Shown: positions 10,301 to 19,837 of the stretch, piece by piece
Layout of the letters: each line of letters starts with the position of its first letter
Numbering within the stretch: the stretch's first letter is position 1
DNA from: a virus
DNA: 64,000 nt
Strand: one strand, 5' to 3'
IMG/VR virus record: IMGVR_UViG_3300044640_002221
Location: 1 to 64,000 of that record
Notes under the pieces: generated by a model
Seen by the model: the letters and a program-made list of their open reading frames with translations, nothing else
Database searches by the model: none
What the model was told of the DNA's origin: nothing
Program-made: the position numbers and the translations under genes

Positions 10301-13300
10301 AGCCAGCGTTAGACATAGGTTTAACAATCTTAATGACAAAAACCCTCTTTCTAGAAAAGAGTTAGGGTTGATGGAAGTATCCTACGCCGCTGCTAACTCT
10401 CTTTTGTATGGTAGGCAGAATAGACGCAGAGAAATATTTACGTTTGCCACACAGATACTCAACCCCATCTTTCAGTTTACTGCTGTTAGTAAACTAGACC
10501 CTCAAGGTAACGCTTTAACTTTAGGGGCTGGTTTTCAGTTCTTACCTATCTTAGGAGCTGGTTCTATTCCTCCTGCTCCCTTTGAGATTAGGTTAAAACC
10601 TTTAATGACTAAAGCAGCTTTAAGAAAGCAACAGTTTCTTGCTACTGCGGCTGCTTTAGATGATCAAAATGCTTCAAAATCTAGAGACACTTACAGCAAA
10701 AACCAAAACTCTTCTTTTGCAGCTAACGCCCTTTCCCTTCTATCTTTACCTGGTTTACTGCTATCAGTTAACAAAGATACTTCCTTCTCGCAAATAATAA
10801 GCTTTGTCGGAGCTTCTTCTTATCTAGCTTCTGGAACTAATAGAATAGAAAACTTCTTGAGGACTAACGCCGGACAGGCAGTAAGAACTGAACTTAAGCA
10901 GATAAAGCCTTTATATGATATAGCCAAGTTTGGATTAGGCACAGTAGAGACTATGGCTAGATATAGTCAAGTACCTTTATTAGTGATGCCTAATGCTTTA
11001 ATGAAGGCTACCACTAGCTACTTTAATATTCCTCAACAATCATTAGCTAAGTTTGGTTCTAGAGCAAGAGCGATCGCACCTTACCTTTTAGCTTATGCCT
11101 TTGCTTCTGGTATTACTTCACCGGAAGGTTCTTTCTCAGGAGTAGAAGCAGATAAAGAACCAAACTATGCGGCTGCTGAACTATCTAGGTTTGCTTTTTC
11201 TGTAGCACCAATCACAGCAATTTACGGTTCAGGTTTACAAAAAGCGGGTGTATTTGCCAGAGCCGACAGTTTTGATAATGTTACAGGTAATGGATTTATA
11301 GCTAGAAAGCAACAACAGATAGCGCAGATAGCAAAAGTAGCTAGTGAGTCAGGGGCAGAAGCTCCTTTAATAAGAAGTGCTGCGTTAAGATTGTCTATTG
11401 CATCTAGAAGAATATTTAGTATTAGTGCTGTGTTAGCTGCGGTCGGGCTTGGTGTAAGAGCAACAACAGGTAAGAGTTTAGGATTCTTAGACATTATCTC
11501 AGATTCTAGCCCTGCACCAGCTAATCCTGAACAAGCTGCTTACTGGAGAGCTGCTGGTATTGAGCGGGCTAGATATCAACCTAAGAACTTAGGAGAAGCT
11601 GCGGGCAACTACGCTAACTATCTTGTTAGGTCAATAGGTGGCTTACTAGGAATAGATAGATTAATTTACAGAGATGACTCCAATGCCTTTATGTCTCTTG
11701 GAGGTCCATTTGGGGTATCTGAGGGTAAATCTGGCTTTAGACTGTATACTCAAGCGCAAGCAACCTTTGTAGATATCAGTGGTTCGAGCTACTCTCTTGG
11801 TGAAACAATGATGAGCACCGACCTAGCAATGCAACTGGTAGCTGTTATAGGTGGAATGGAACAAACTGATTATGAGAAGGAAAAAAACATCTCATTATTC
11901 TCAGACCGCTATCAGAAGTTTAGAGGAGCTACACCAAGAAGGACTCCTGCGAAAGTAACAGGAGAACTTTCTAGTTCAGAAGCACAAGCAGCCTCTGGGG
12001 CTAGTAGTGCATTCATTTCTGCCTTGGCTTATAGAAAGGCTTATAGTGATAATCTACGCTATCAACGACCATCTGAGCTTACTTTAGACTTATTGATGGA
12101 GTCAGCTAAAACTGGTAGAATTGCCAGCCGCTTTGGCTTTATAAAACCTTCCTTTAATTCTTTAGCTACTTTAGGTAGTATTAGCGGAGACTTTATAAAA
12201 GGTGGTACGGGCTTACTACAAAGGGCTGCTAATAGCCTTAGCAACTTTGTAAACCAAGTTAGAGGAACAGGAACTACTTACAGCACAGAGTTAATGACTG
12301 AGACACCAAGAGAACAACAAAGTTCTCTTCCAGTAATTGGTTACTTTACAGATACCTTTAAGTACATTCTTGGTGGTTTCTCTGGGACTACAACAGCAGC
12401 AGCTTCGGGAACTTTACTACTTCAACAAGCTCCTTTACTGCTATTAACAGTAGGCTCTTCTTTAACTTTTGCTGTACAGATGACCACAGCTCTAGCGGCA
12501 TACCATCATGGAGGACTAGCTCAAGATGCTCTACGTCAAGTGGAAGATAAACACTTAGACTTCAGACGTAGAGGAGTAGTTAAAGTCGGTTCTAGAGAAG
12601 TTAAGAGTAGTTATTATTTAACTATTGAACCTAAAAGCGGTGGCTCAGTAAAACCTAAAGTTTTATCTTTGAGCTCTCAAATGCTAGAAGACTCTAGTAT
12701 AGTATCTCCAGGTCAAGATATAGGTGTAACTAAAAGCAGGATTGACTCTATAAGTAAATCTGTACAAAAAACTATTAAAGATTACTATACTGGTCTGCAA
12801 AACCTTGTTAACCCTAAAGGTAATAGCAGTCTGAATAGTTTAGATATTAATATTCTTCTTGGTGATAATCCTGACACGACTGATTTTGTCAGCAAACTAA
12901 GAAGTCATGTTAACGACAATTTGCTACAAAGAGGAGTAGTCGCACCTACAAGTAAGGGAAGCCCTCTTGTAAAGTTTTATGAAATCTTATCTATAAAAGA
13001 AGTTGACTCGGTTTTATCTAGACTTGATGGACTAGACGTAGAAATAAACAACATCTTAGCTAAGACAGCTACTGATGATGTTAAAAAGAACTTAATAAAA
13101 GTATCTATAGCTTCTAAACTTCAAAACCTTGATTCTAGTCTGTTTGAGAATGCTACAGCAGGTTATCTAACAGATGCACAAATGGCTGTGCAGTTTGATT
13201 ACAGTCCAGAGATAGGAATGGCTCGAAGTAGAGTTCCTGGTCTATCTGGCTCAACTTTAGCTACTTCAGAGATAATTCGTACAAGCGGCTACCTTGGTTT

Positions 13301-16300
13301 ATTAAAACAAGGTCTACAAGGATTAGGAAGACTAACTAATAGAGTAATAGACGCAGTACCTTTTTATAATATTGCTTCGGCTTTAACAAAAGCTGCAAGT
13401 AGTTCTGACTCTTTAGAAAGAGGAAGAGCTGCTGGTGCTGCAGCCTTCTACACCTCACAACTGCCCCAGATAGGCTTTAGCGTCCTGGCTTTGAGAGGAT
13501 TAGCAGGTTTAGGTTGGGGGGCTGGAATTGGGTTAGTAGCGGCGGGAGTTGGACTTTATTTAGCCGACCAATACTTTTTAAAAGGGGCAACAACCAAAGC
13601 GATTCAAAGAGGAGGGCGCTGGGTTGATAGAAACATAGGCTCTCCTTTTACTAGAATGACTGCTGGAGTTTACGATACTCTTGCTCAGACTCCAGTAGTA
13701 AGTCAGGTTTTGTCAGTAGTGGGATTACCTTTTAGAGCATTAGACCCTTTGTTAGATAGTGCTTGGCAATCTGCAGAAAACAGCCCAGCAGGATACGCTG
13801 CTTTAAGCTTTGTACTTCCTAGAACAATAGACCAAGTTTATCAAGAACAGGCTTTTAAAAATCCTGCTTATAACAGAGCAGGAGAAAGAATGGAATTACT
13901 GTCTAACAGCGAAGTCAGAAATTATTATAAACAGAAGCTACGGTACAACCGATCTAAAGCTGATTCTTTATCAAGTGGTGTATCATCTGCGATCGCTCCC
14001 TTTCTATTAGGAGGAACTTCTTCTGTTGGTGAGCAGCAGATTCAGAGTATGTACTTTGATAGTAAAGGAGGAGCCCCGCGTGTTCTTGCACCTTTTGCTA
14101 ATCAATCAATGGTTAGCGGCATCCAACAGTTAGCTATTGAGCGTAGAGAAGCAATAGCCGCGCATGGCGGTTATGGTTCTTACAAACGCAGAAGACTTTT
14201 AGCTTTTGACGGGTTAGGAAAGTTCTCTATTCTTTCTTCTGTTTACACTAAAGCGAGTCTCGCGTTTAATGGAACTTATCAAGGTTTACTAGCTAAAGGA
14301 TTAACAGAGACAGCAACTACTTTAAGCTGGATTCCTAGAGGCTGGAATAAGTTTACTACTTGGACAGCAGACCAAACTAGAGCTTTAAAAGGTATAGCAA
14401 TAGACAGACCTTTTGTTAACTTCTCTAATTGGGTGGCTAAGAAATGGTCAGGCATTAAAAACATACCTGCTATAAAAGGTCCTGTAACAGCAATAAAAAA
14501 CATACCTAGTGCTATAGGAGGAACGTCTTTAGGCAAAGGTTATACAGCTATAAAAGCTGGTGTTGCTGAAAGATTGACTGACTTCGGGTCTACTTGGGGT
14601 GTAAGGTTTGTTAGAGGCTCTGTTTTTGCCCTCTCAGCTTATGCTATTACTACTTTAGCAAGTCGTATAATACTTAGTGTTGTAGGTTCAATTGGTTCAA
14701 AACTAGACCCAGATAACAAAGAGTCTGCAGAAAGATTCTATAAAGCTGCTGCTATTGCTAGTAATCCTTCTATTGCTACTGGAGTTGCTGCTGTTACTTT
14801 TGCTGCTACTTTAGTTTCTAGAAGAGCTTCACCCTTTTTAGCTAAAGTTAATACTAGTCTTTATAAAGGATTAATTACAGGCTTAGGAGGGGCGGGCTTG
14901 TATGGTGGAACAGCTTATGCTTTTTCTTTCTTACCAGCTTTGTTTATTAAAGACCAAAAGACTAAAGAGTCATTCCAAATGGGGGCCGCTATTTCAGGTG
15001 GCTTAGTTGGTGCTTATAGATATGGCTTATTACAACCTTTTTCTAAGACTTATAGACCATTAGGCGCACTTAATAGTTTTAATATTGTGGGCTCTAAAGG
15101 TTTTCAAGTCCCTCTTAATAGACTCACACTTTTAGAAGCTGACTTCAACAGAGTTAAAGGTATAGGGGTTGGAACAGGAAAGTTTTTTACTGGTTTAGTT
15201 CCTCAACAAACTAGAACTAGCATCAGTAATTATTTTACTAACTCTACTTGGATTAAAAACAGCTTAGGGGCTGTTAAAGGAACATTTTCTAAACTTAACT
15301 TTAAACCAATTAGCTGGTTTAAAGTTAGTCGTCAAACTAAAGTTAAGTTAGGTAGGTTTGGAAGAAGCGTGGGTACTACTACTCGTAATGTGGGCGTATT
15401 TGCTAGAAACTTTGCTCCTTCTTTGCTTGATATAGGTTTAGTAAGTTACGCGGGTACTCAAGTCTTTCAGTTAAATGATCGTTCTACTAGACAGCAGTTT
15501 AGGGCAGAGTACCAAAATCTATCTAGTGTTTCAATTAATGCTGTTGTTGGGTCTTTCTTGGCGTTAAAGATGCAATCGCCGGGAGCAGCCTTAATTGTGG
15601 CGTTAGGATTAGAGCGCACTATAAATCCTTTAGTAGGACAAGTGTTAGGGGATTTAGGGTACAAAGACGAAACAGGTTTAGTAAAAGCAGGTGTGCTTAT
15701 TGGGTCTGGCGCAGCTCTTACTTACTCTGTTCATTCAGGATTTACTTATGGTCTTAAAGCTTTATCAAAAACACCTACCTCCCCAGTAGGTGCTAGTGCT
15801 GCATTAAAAGGTTGGGCTAAACCTGCGTCTCGTATTATAAGCGGGGTGCAGCTAGGTTTAAGTGTTGGAAATATAGTTAACGAAGCCAATAAACCCGCCA
15901 ACAGAGACTACAGAGTAGTAAGTCAAAGTTTAGGTAAAGATGCTGCCGGAATTGTTAGCTCATTCACAACAAGTGTGGGTTTATTAGGAGGTCCAGTTGG
16001 TATCTTTGGTACAGCAGTTGCGTCTTCAGTAGCAGAACCAATCCTTGCAGATTCTTTCTCTAAGACTTTAGAGAGAAGAATGCGTCAAGCAGGTAGAACT
16101 AGTAAACAAAGAGGTAGAGAGTTACAACGAAGTGCAACTGAATGGACTGTTGGAGGATTAGTAGCTGGTGTGGGTATTGGTTTAGCTGCTACTCTTATTG
16201 CTGTGGGTGCTGCTGTAACTGCGCCTATATTAGCTACTGGAGCATTAATAGGAGCAACAGCAGGTGCTCTTATTGGTTTATATATAGGGATTGAAAAATT

Positions 16301-19300
16301 CTTCTGGGGTACGCAAGCCTCACCATTTGACAAAGGAGAGCAAAGAAATAACACACTACCCGCAAGCAGACCAACTAGTTCGTCTAAGACTTTGCAGCAC
16401 GCGCAGTATCTTCAAAAGAGAAACCAACAGCAATCTAAAAATTCAATTCTGGTTGCTTCTGCTGATATTGGTCAAAGTGATATTGGGTATTACTCATTCC
16501 AGAAAGAGAAAGAAGAGTCTTTAAGTCTCTTAGACTACTTTAAAAGCGGGTTGTCCGCTTTAGGCGGAGGGATACTAAACGCGGGTAGAAAGGTTAAAAG
16601 AGTCTTTGAAAGATTAGGCAAGCAAGCACAGGATAATCTCTTCGGCAGTCAAGAGTATGTAGAACCTTCTATAGAAGGAACAGGTGGGATACCTATTGTT
16701 TCTACCTACTATACTCCTGGTGAAGGTGGTTCAATCAATGGACCGAAAGTTGATGCTAGAAGTCAATATATTGACGCAAACTCCAATGTTGCTGCTGTAA
16801 GAAATCTTGGAGTTAGAGGTGGTTTACCTTATGGCTCTGTGATTCAAGTTAGTAATCCTAAAACTGGTCGTTCAGAAATGTTGACTGTACAAGATACAGG
16901 CCCTTTTGTAAAAGGTCAACGAAGAGGTTTAGATATCACAAAGGCTGCTTACGACCGATTAGGTGGAACTGGGTTAACCACTTTTAATGTGAGAATTATT
17001 TCTGCGCCAGGTGCTAAACCAGGACAGGTGTTTAAAGTTGAAACTCCAGATAACTTCTCTTATGAGTTAGTTTATGGAGATCAGCAACGTAGAGAGGGAT
17101 TACTCGAACAAGTGGGCACGGGCTTAGAAAATAGTTATGAACGACTATTTGATAACAATATTATTGTCAGAGAGAAACTTAATGTTAGAAACTCAATAAA
17201 CCAACGTGTTCCTAATTCTTTTGCTGATACAGAAATACATCACCCTTCTAGAGGTAAAAGAGGTAGAGAGGGCAGAAGAAACTATGTAGATATGGGAGGA
17301 GTGCTTGAAGAAGTAAACTCCCGCAATCCAAGCTTGATAAAGAAAGATTTTTTGTTGAGTAAAAACGGCTCTTTAGATGTTAACGTTCCATCCCCTGCTG
17401 CTGGTTATGTAAGTTTAGACTCTAGTTGGGGTGGAGTTTATATCTACGAGGATGCAGCAAGAACTAAACTATTAGCGGTAGTTTTACACTTAGACAACTT
17501 TAAAATAAAAAGTGGTCAGTATGTTAAGTATGGTCAAGATTTAGGTCTGCAGGGTGGTAAAGGTGTTGGCAGAAGGTATGCCAAACACACCCACATGGAG
17601 TTAACTAAAGAAGGGTATGATTACTACTTTAAGGATGTTCAGGATGGTGTGTTTGATAGAAAACTAAATGGAGCATTAAATGTACAAGGGTCAATTCAGC
17701 CTGTAGTTAACACCACCTTAAAAAATAAGCCCTTTGCACAGATTGCTGATTGGGCTACAACTAATCATGGCCAGACACAAAACTCCTTAAATCTAGAGAG
17801 CATTGCAAGAAGAAATAATCTTGAGTCTATTGTTGTGCAAAAACTGGGCAGCAAGCAGCAACAAAGCTTTAATAAAGATAAGTACCTACCCCCTGCTTCT
17901 ACTCTTAAGTTAATAATATCTGACTTAGTTATTCAAGAAGTTAAGTCCGGTAGGCTTTCTGTAAATACTAAAGTTACTGTTTCAAAGTCAGACGTTGCTG
18001 AATACTCTTCTATAAAAGCTGGAAGTTCGCTCTCTGTAGCCTCTTTACTACAACAAACACTGAGATACTCTGAAAATACTTCTTCTAATACTTTAATAAG
18101 ATTACTGGGTGGGACGGAAGCAGCTACCAAGCTTGCTAGAGCTAAAGGATATACTTCTACAACAATAGGTAATCCTTTTAGTATAGTAGGGGCTAAAGGG
18201 TTTAAGAATACTTCTACTGCCTCAGATGTCACTAAAGCAATGAGTAGTATCTTATCTGATAAGTCTGAGGCTGGAGTAGTTGCTTCTAAAGCCTTATACT
18301 CTACAAGAAACTTTGGGTTTAAAGGAGAGATAGGAGGAAAAATAGGTAACACATCTAAAGTTATAGGTGATGTAGGTTTAGCCAATATTAAAGGAGAGAC
18401 TTATATAATAACAGCCTTCTCTTTGAGAAATGGTAATTTAGACTCTTCTAGAAGTGTTATAAAAAATTCAATAAATCAAGTTATTGAGGCTTACTATAAT
18501 CCAGCACCAAATAACCAAAGTCAAGTAACACCAAGAAGTAACAAGGGTCAACTAAAACTCCCTCAAGGCTACGAGTCTCTGAACCTTTTAGCTGAGACAT
18601 TAATCACTAACAAATACTTTGACCAATCAACAGCTAAAGGACGAGCTGCTTTAGCTACAGCTTTATTAATTGGTGGAGGAGAAGCTTTTGGTAAAGGAAC
18701 TACCAGAACAGATTTTTTTACTTACATGGGTGGCACAGGCGACATGATGAAAGGCTTTGCCCAGTTCAACACCACAATCAGGGAGTTCAGAGAAAAGACA
18801 AAATCTCCAGACTCTTATATGAACTTACTGGGAAGTATGTTGACAGGTGAGAGAACACTACCAAGAGGAATAGGTAGGTTCAACTCTGCTGAGTTAGCAA
18901 GTGCCGTTCAACAAGGTAAAGTTACAAGCGGTAAACAGCTTATACAGTTCATACAGAATAGAATTGATAAAGTTAGCTGGCAGGGTTTATATGATGGGAT
19001 GCGCCGTGTTCCTGGACTGGCTGACCAACTTGTAAATTACTTAAGGAACTCACAGTCTGTTAAGCCTACTAAACAAGGCTACGCTACTTCTATTACTCCA
19101 AAGACTGCTCTATCTGAATCTGATAGACAAACTTTAATATCTTCTAGTTTAGGTCTTTCTACAAGTCAACTACAGAAGATAACTAAAGAGTACAAGCAAG
19201 GAACTCAAACTTTAGACCTGGTAAAACAAAAGGTTGCTCAACAAACCCAGAATCTCAACATTCAAGTTGAGGCTGGAGGCGATACACCTAAACCAAGCGA

Positions 19301-19574
19301 TCGCCCTGCTGACCCCTTAGCTAATAGTATTAAAGCTGCTCCAGAGGTACAACAGACAGGAGCTGTGGTTAAGACAGAATCTGGAGTAAGTGTGAGAATA
19401 GAGAAACGAGTAGATGATGCCCACCAGATTGAGAGAGCCGCCAGTCCGTTTCCTACAAGAGTTAACAAAGAAATGGCTAGTAGAGAATCTCAAGGACTTA
19501 GCAGCTTCAACAGCAGTGGGTTTATGGACTTGTTTGGAATGGCTGATGGTTGGACTAGTCAGCAGTATGCTTAA
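7353..19574 (+). CDS. Giant 4073-aa tape-measure-like multidomain protein: N-terminal thermonuclease (SNase), long Ala/Gly/Leu/Ser-rich core with hydrophobic helices, RlpA-like DPBB, M23 peptidase, class A beta-lactamase-fold serine hydrolase, unassigned C-terminal domain
   Basis: SNase (~7390-7810): FALIDAPE, DKYGRSISEV, LLKEGLA, LGLWG. RlpA/DPBB (~16690-17000): STYY...LPYGSVIQVSNPKTGRSEMLTVQDTGPFVKG..RGLDITKAAYDRLG. M23 (~17380-17620): VPSPAAGYV, VLHLD, GQDLGLQG, HTHME. Beta-lactamase fold (~17880-18490): PPASTLK, YSENTSSN, GGKIG. Confidence 0.8.
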   Translation: MEYSTNPKPEKKSYSVSYIEDADTISVKRGSESFSVRFALIDAPEVAHSPLEQESKLRSVQNQLEWGERAKARVTELITQSGNQVELQVTGKDKYGRSISEVFLKSGQSLQEQLLKEGLAKGNYSFITDSADKTRVQAAESVAFKQSLGLWGDSSFINPSQYRQLLKSNAFSPNPFTSLSQPNTTLGSIYLPTTLSEGFASKYPNSKPQLYTDFYYTLTGKMPSGFQKYLARTADSQLGGVSFGSFINRIFPDLYSPGNGLVGTLAKGVGRVLDTATGFYAFDYYDKLRNGDLRGGINKYHQNQYKTNQQRGLFENLLGGLTTTAGATASSLAFYFGVSHTLSIARSHFEDIGVDYVTNLLSNSQNNVGDRALKSFFFSGDLLNVFTEIEEANIPGVKGKQVHDYFAYVMHKAGAASTFAESSNLDTTIITHLDNANSTGNTYTNDLIERLTRELNALHTSTASFAQATQQVERNVLGLNKSTGEIDLSRGLASGYNRPAGGLLSAIGNLRKVDSSNFINIIRPVINEIAVGTPQEITQLNIELSELQTQVGRSPFLKYADVKGGTYTFLEDITAQQYGYKRLETLASALDKVAEYIPANPLLYFKPYRDMVGITSLNVDRGNGNSENYSLRSLLGPGFSGLTKFSRRMMRSLGGLGSTENIVKQMGDNFRLFELEQELNRSEQRLFKDTTKILNRMKQPTGSVGMLNDLIKNRQPTANILADLTGALYSYDGTVAKTAEELLASKTSARLINKYKRDFATYNSLLQQVDNSTEALSSTPKTTFRAIRGALFSVGPLLILDKVLDPQFMRSPSVDLITQVFMDANLLQDKDTRHAQIEYTGAVPGYIKYPAMGIGFILGGHALPRFEQQQMAAGGFIEKAITKAANGTNLLDLLNSSPGTTPRSSLLSGLTEDVVNEVASLGKYRTRTRFGWLGAFLGGATALLGTQAVFGMAAGFMNLVRSPFRDSAPKTQPEPMIAAFSLAASVRHRFNNLNDKNPLSRKELGLMEVSYAAANSLLYGRQNRRREIFTFATQILNPIFQFTAVSKLDPQGNALTLGAGFQFLPILGAGSIPPAPFEIRLKPLMTKAALRKQQFLATAAALDDQNASKSRDTYSKNQNSSFAANALSLLSLPGLLLSVNKDTSFSQIISFVGASSYLASGTNRIENFLRTNAGQAVRTELKQIKPLYDIAKFGLGTVETMARYSQVPLLVMPNALMKATTSYFNIPQQSLAKFGSRARAIAPYLLAYAFASGITSPEGSFSGVEADKEPNYAAAELSRFAFSVAPITAIYGSGLQKAGVFARADSFDNVTGNGFIARKQQQIAQIAKVASESGAEAPLIRSAALRLSIASRRIFSISAVLAAVGLGVRATTGKSLGFLDIISDSSPAPANPEQAAYWRAAGIERARYQPKNLGEAAGNYANYLVRSIGGLLGIDRLIYRDDSNAFMSLGGPFGVSEGKSGFRLYTQAQATFVDISGSSYSLGETMMSTDLAMQLVAVIGGMEQTDYEKEKNISLFSDRYQKFRGATPRRTPAKVTGELSSSEAQAASGASSAFISALAYRKAYSDNLRYQRPSELTLDLLMESAKTGRIASRFGFIKPSFNSLATLGSISGDFIKGGTGLLQRAANSLSNFVNQVRGTGTTYSTELMTETPREQQSSLPVIGYFTDTFKYILGGFSGTTTAAASGTLLLQQAPLLLLTVGSSLTFAVQMTTALAAYHHGGLAQDALRQVEDKHLDFRRRGVVKVGSREVKSSYYLTIEPKSGGSVKPKVLSLSSQMLEDSSIVSPGQDIGVTKSRIDSISKSVQKTIKDYYTGLQNLVNPKGNSSLNSLDINILLGDNPDTTDFVSKLRSHVNDNLLQRGVVAPTSKGSPLVKFYEILSIKEVDSVLSRLDGLDVEINNILAKTATDDVKKNLIKVSIASKLQNLDSSLFENATAGYLTDAQMAVQFDYSPEIGMARSRVPGLSGSTLATSEIIRTSGYLGLLKQGLQGLGRLTNRVIDAVPFYNIASALTKAASSSDSLERGRAAGAAAFYTSQLPQIGFSVLALRGLAGLGWGAGIGLVAAGVGLYLADQYFLKGATTKAIQRGGRWVDRNIGSPFTRMTAGVYDTLAQTPVVSQVLSVVGLPFRALDPLLDSAWQSAENSPAGYAALSFVLPRTIDQVYQEQAFKNPAYNRAGERMELLSNSEVRNYYKQKLRYNRSKADSLSSGVSSAIAPFLLGGTSSVGEQQIQSMYFDSKGGAPRVLAPFANQSMVSGIQQLAIERREAIAAHGGYGSYKRRRLLAFDGLGKFSILSSVYTKASLAFNGTYQGLLAKGLTETATTLSWIPRGWNKFTTWTADQTRALKGIAIDRPFVNFSNWVAKKWSGIKNIPAIKGPVTAIKNIPSAIGGTSLGKGYTAIKAGVAERLTDFGSTWGVRFVRGSVFALSAYAITTLASRIILSVVGSIGSKLDPDNKESAERFYKAAAIASNPSIATGVAAVTFAATLVSRRASPFLAKVNTSLYKGLITGLGGAGLYGGTAYAFSFLPALFIKDQKTKESFQMGAAISGGLVGAYRYGLLQPFSKTYRPLGALNSFNIVGSKGFQVPLNRLTLLEADFNRVKGIGVGTGKFFTGLVPQQTRTSISNYFTNSTWIKNSLGAVKGTFSKLNFKPISWFKVSRQTKVKLGRFGRSVGTTTRNVGVFARNFAPSLLDIGLVSYAGTQVFQLNDRSTRQQFRAEYQNLSSVSINAVVGSFLALKMQSPGAALIVALGLERTINPLVGQVLGDLGYKDETGLVKAGVLIGSGAALTYSVHSGFTYGLKALSKTPTSPVGASAALKGWAKPASRIISGVQLGLSVGNIVNEANKPANRDYRVVSQSLGKDAAGIVSSFTTSVGLLGGPVGIFGTAVASSVAEPILADSFSKTLERRMRQAGRTSKQRGRELQRSATEWTVGGLVAGVGIGLAATLIAVGAAVTAPILATGALIGATAGALIGLYIGIEKFFWGTQASPFDKGEQRNNTLPASRPTSSSKTLQHAQYLQKRNQQQSKNSILVASADIGQSDIGYYSFQKEKEESLSLLDYFKSGLSALGGGILNAGRKVKRVFERLGKQAQDNLFGSQEYVEPSIEGTGGIPIVSTYYTPGEGGSINGPKVDARSQYIDANSNVAAVRNLGVRGGLPYGSVIQVSNPKTGRSEMLTVQDTGPFVKGQRRGLDITKAAYDRLGGTGLTTFNVRIISAPGAKPGQVFKVETPDNFSYELVYGDQQRREGLLEQVGTGLENSYERLFDNNIIVREKLNVRNSINQRVPNSFADTEIHHPSRGKRGREGRRNYVDMGGVLEEVNSRNPSLIKKDFLLSKNGSLDVNVPSPAAGYVSLDSSWGGVYIYEDAARTKLLAVVLHLDNFKIKSGQYVKYGQDLGLQGGKGVGRRYAKHTHMELTKEGYDYYFKDVQDGVFDRKLNGALNVQGSIQPVVNTTLKNKPFAQIADWATTNHGQTQNSLNLESIARRNNLESIVVQKLGSKQQQSFNKDKYLPPASTLKLIISDLVIQEVKSGRLSVNTKVTVSKSDVAEYSSIKAGSSLSVASLLQQTLRYSENTSSNTLIRLLGGTEAATKLARAKGYTSTTIGNPFSIVGAKGFKNTSTASDVTKAMSSILSDKSEAGVVASKALYSTRNFGFKGEIGGKIGNTSKVIGDVGLANIKGETYIITAFSLRNGNLDSSRSVIKNSINQVIEAYYNPAPNNQSQVTPRSNKGQLKLPQGYESLNLLAETLITNKYFDQSTAKGRAALATALLIGGGEAFGKGTTRTDFFTYMGGTGDMMKGFAQFNTTIREFREKTKSPDSYMNLLGSMLTGERTLPRGIGRFNSAELASAVQQGKVTSGKQLIQFIQNRIDKVSWQGLYDGMRRVPGLADQLVNYLRNSQSVKPTKQGYATSITPKTALSESDRQTLISSSLGLSTSQLQKITKEYKQGTQTLDLVKQKVAQQTQNLNIQVEAGGDTPKPSDRPADPLANSIKAAPEVQQTGAVVKTESGVSVRIEKRVDDAHQIERAASPFPTRVNKEMASRESQGLSSFNSSGFMDLFGMADGWTSQQYA

Positions 19575-19815
19575 ACAACTCTTTTAAATCAACAGGTATA
19601 TGTTGACTACTTGCTATAGCGTACACTTTGCACTCACCTTTGTAGTCTGTCAAAAAGAACTTAAGTTGGTTTGAGTTTTTGAATTTAAGTTCTAGTCCAG
19701 GTGCTACAAAAGTAGAGTTTAAAATACTATACCAAAGTTTGGAATCTACCAAAAGATAGTATCTTTGTTCTGCTTGATGGTGTGAACTTACGCTCACCAA
19801 TGTGTATACTATCAA
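19555..19815 (-). CDS. Hypothetical small protein divergent from the recombinase
   Basis: 86-aa ORF between the giant gene and the recombinase. Confidence 0.4.
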   Translation of the reverse strand: MIVYTLVSVSSHHQAEQRYYLLVDSKLWYSILNSTFVAPGLELKFKNSNQLKFFLTDYKGECKVYAIASSQHIPVDLKELFKHTAD

Positions 19816-19837
19816 GTATGATTTTCAAGGTTTTACA

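Noticed and set aside
17880-18490. Antibiotic-resistance beta-lactamase
   Set aside because: It is an internal domain of a giant protein next to muralytic domains. The PBP/serine-hydrolase fold more likely acts on or binds peptidoglycan.
9236-19468. Short antisense ORFs within the giant gene, and similar plus-strand ORFs opposite nrdAB, helicases and introns (e.g. 59101-59358)
   Set aside because: Shadow ORFs opposite well-supported genes or structured RNA, with no recognisable motifs.
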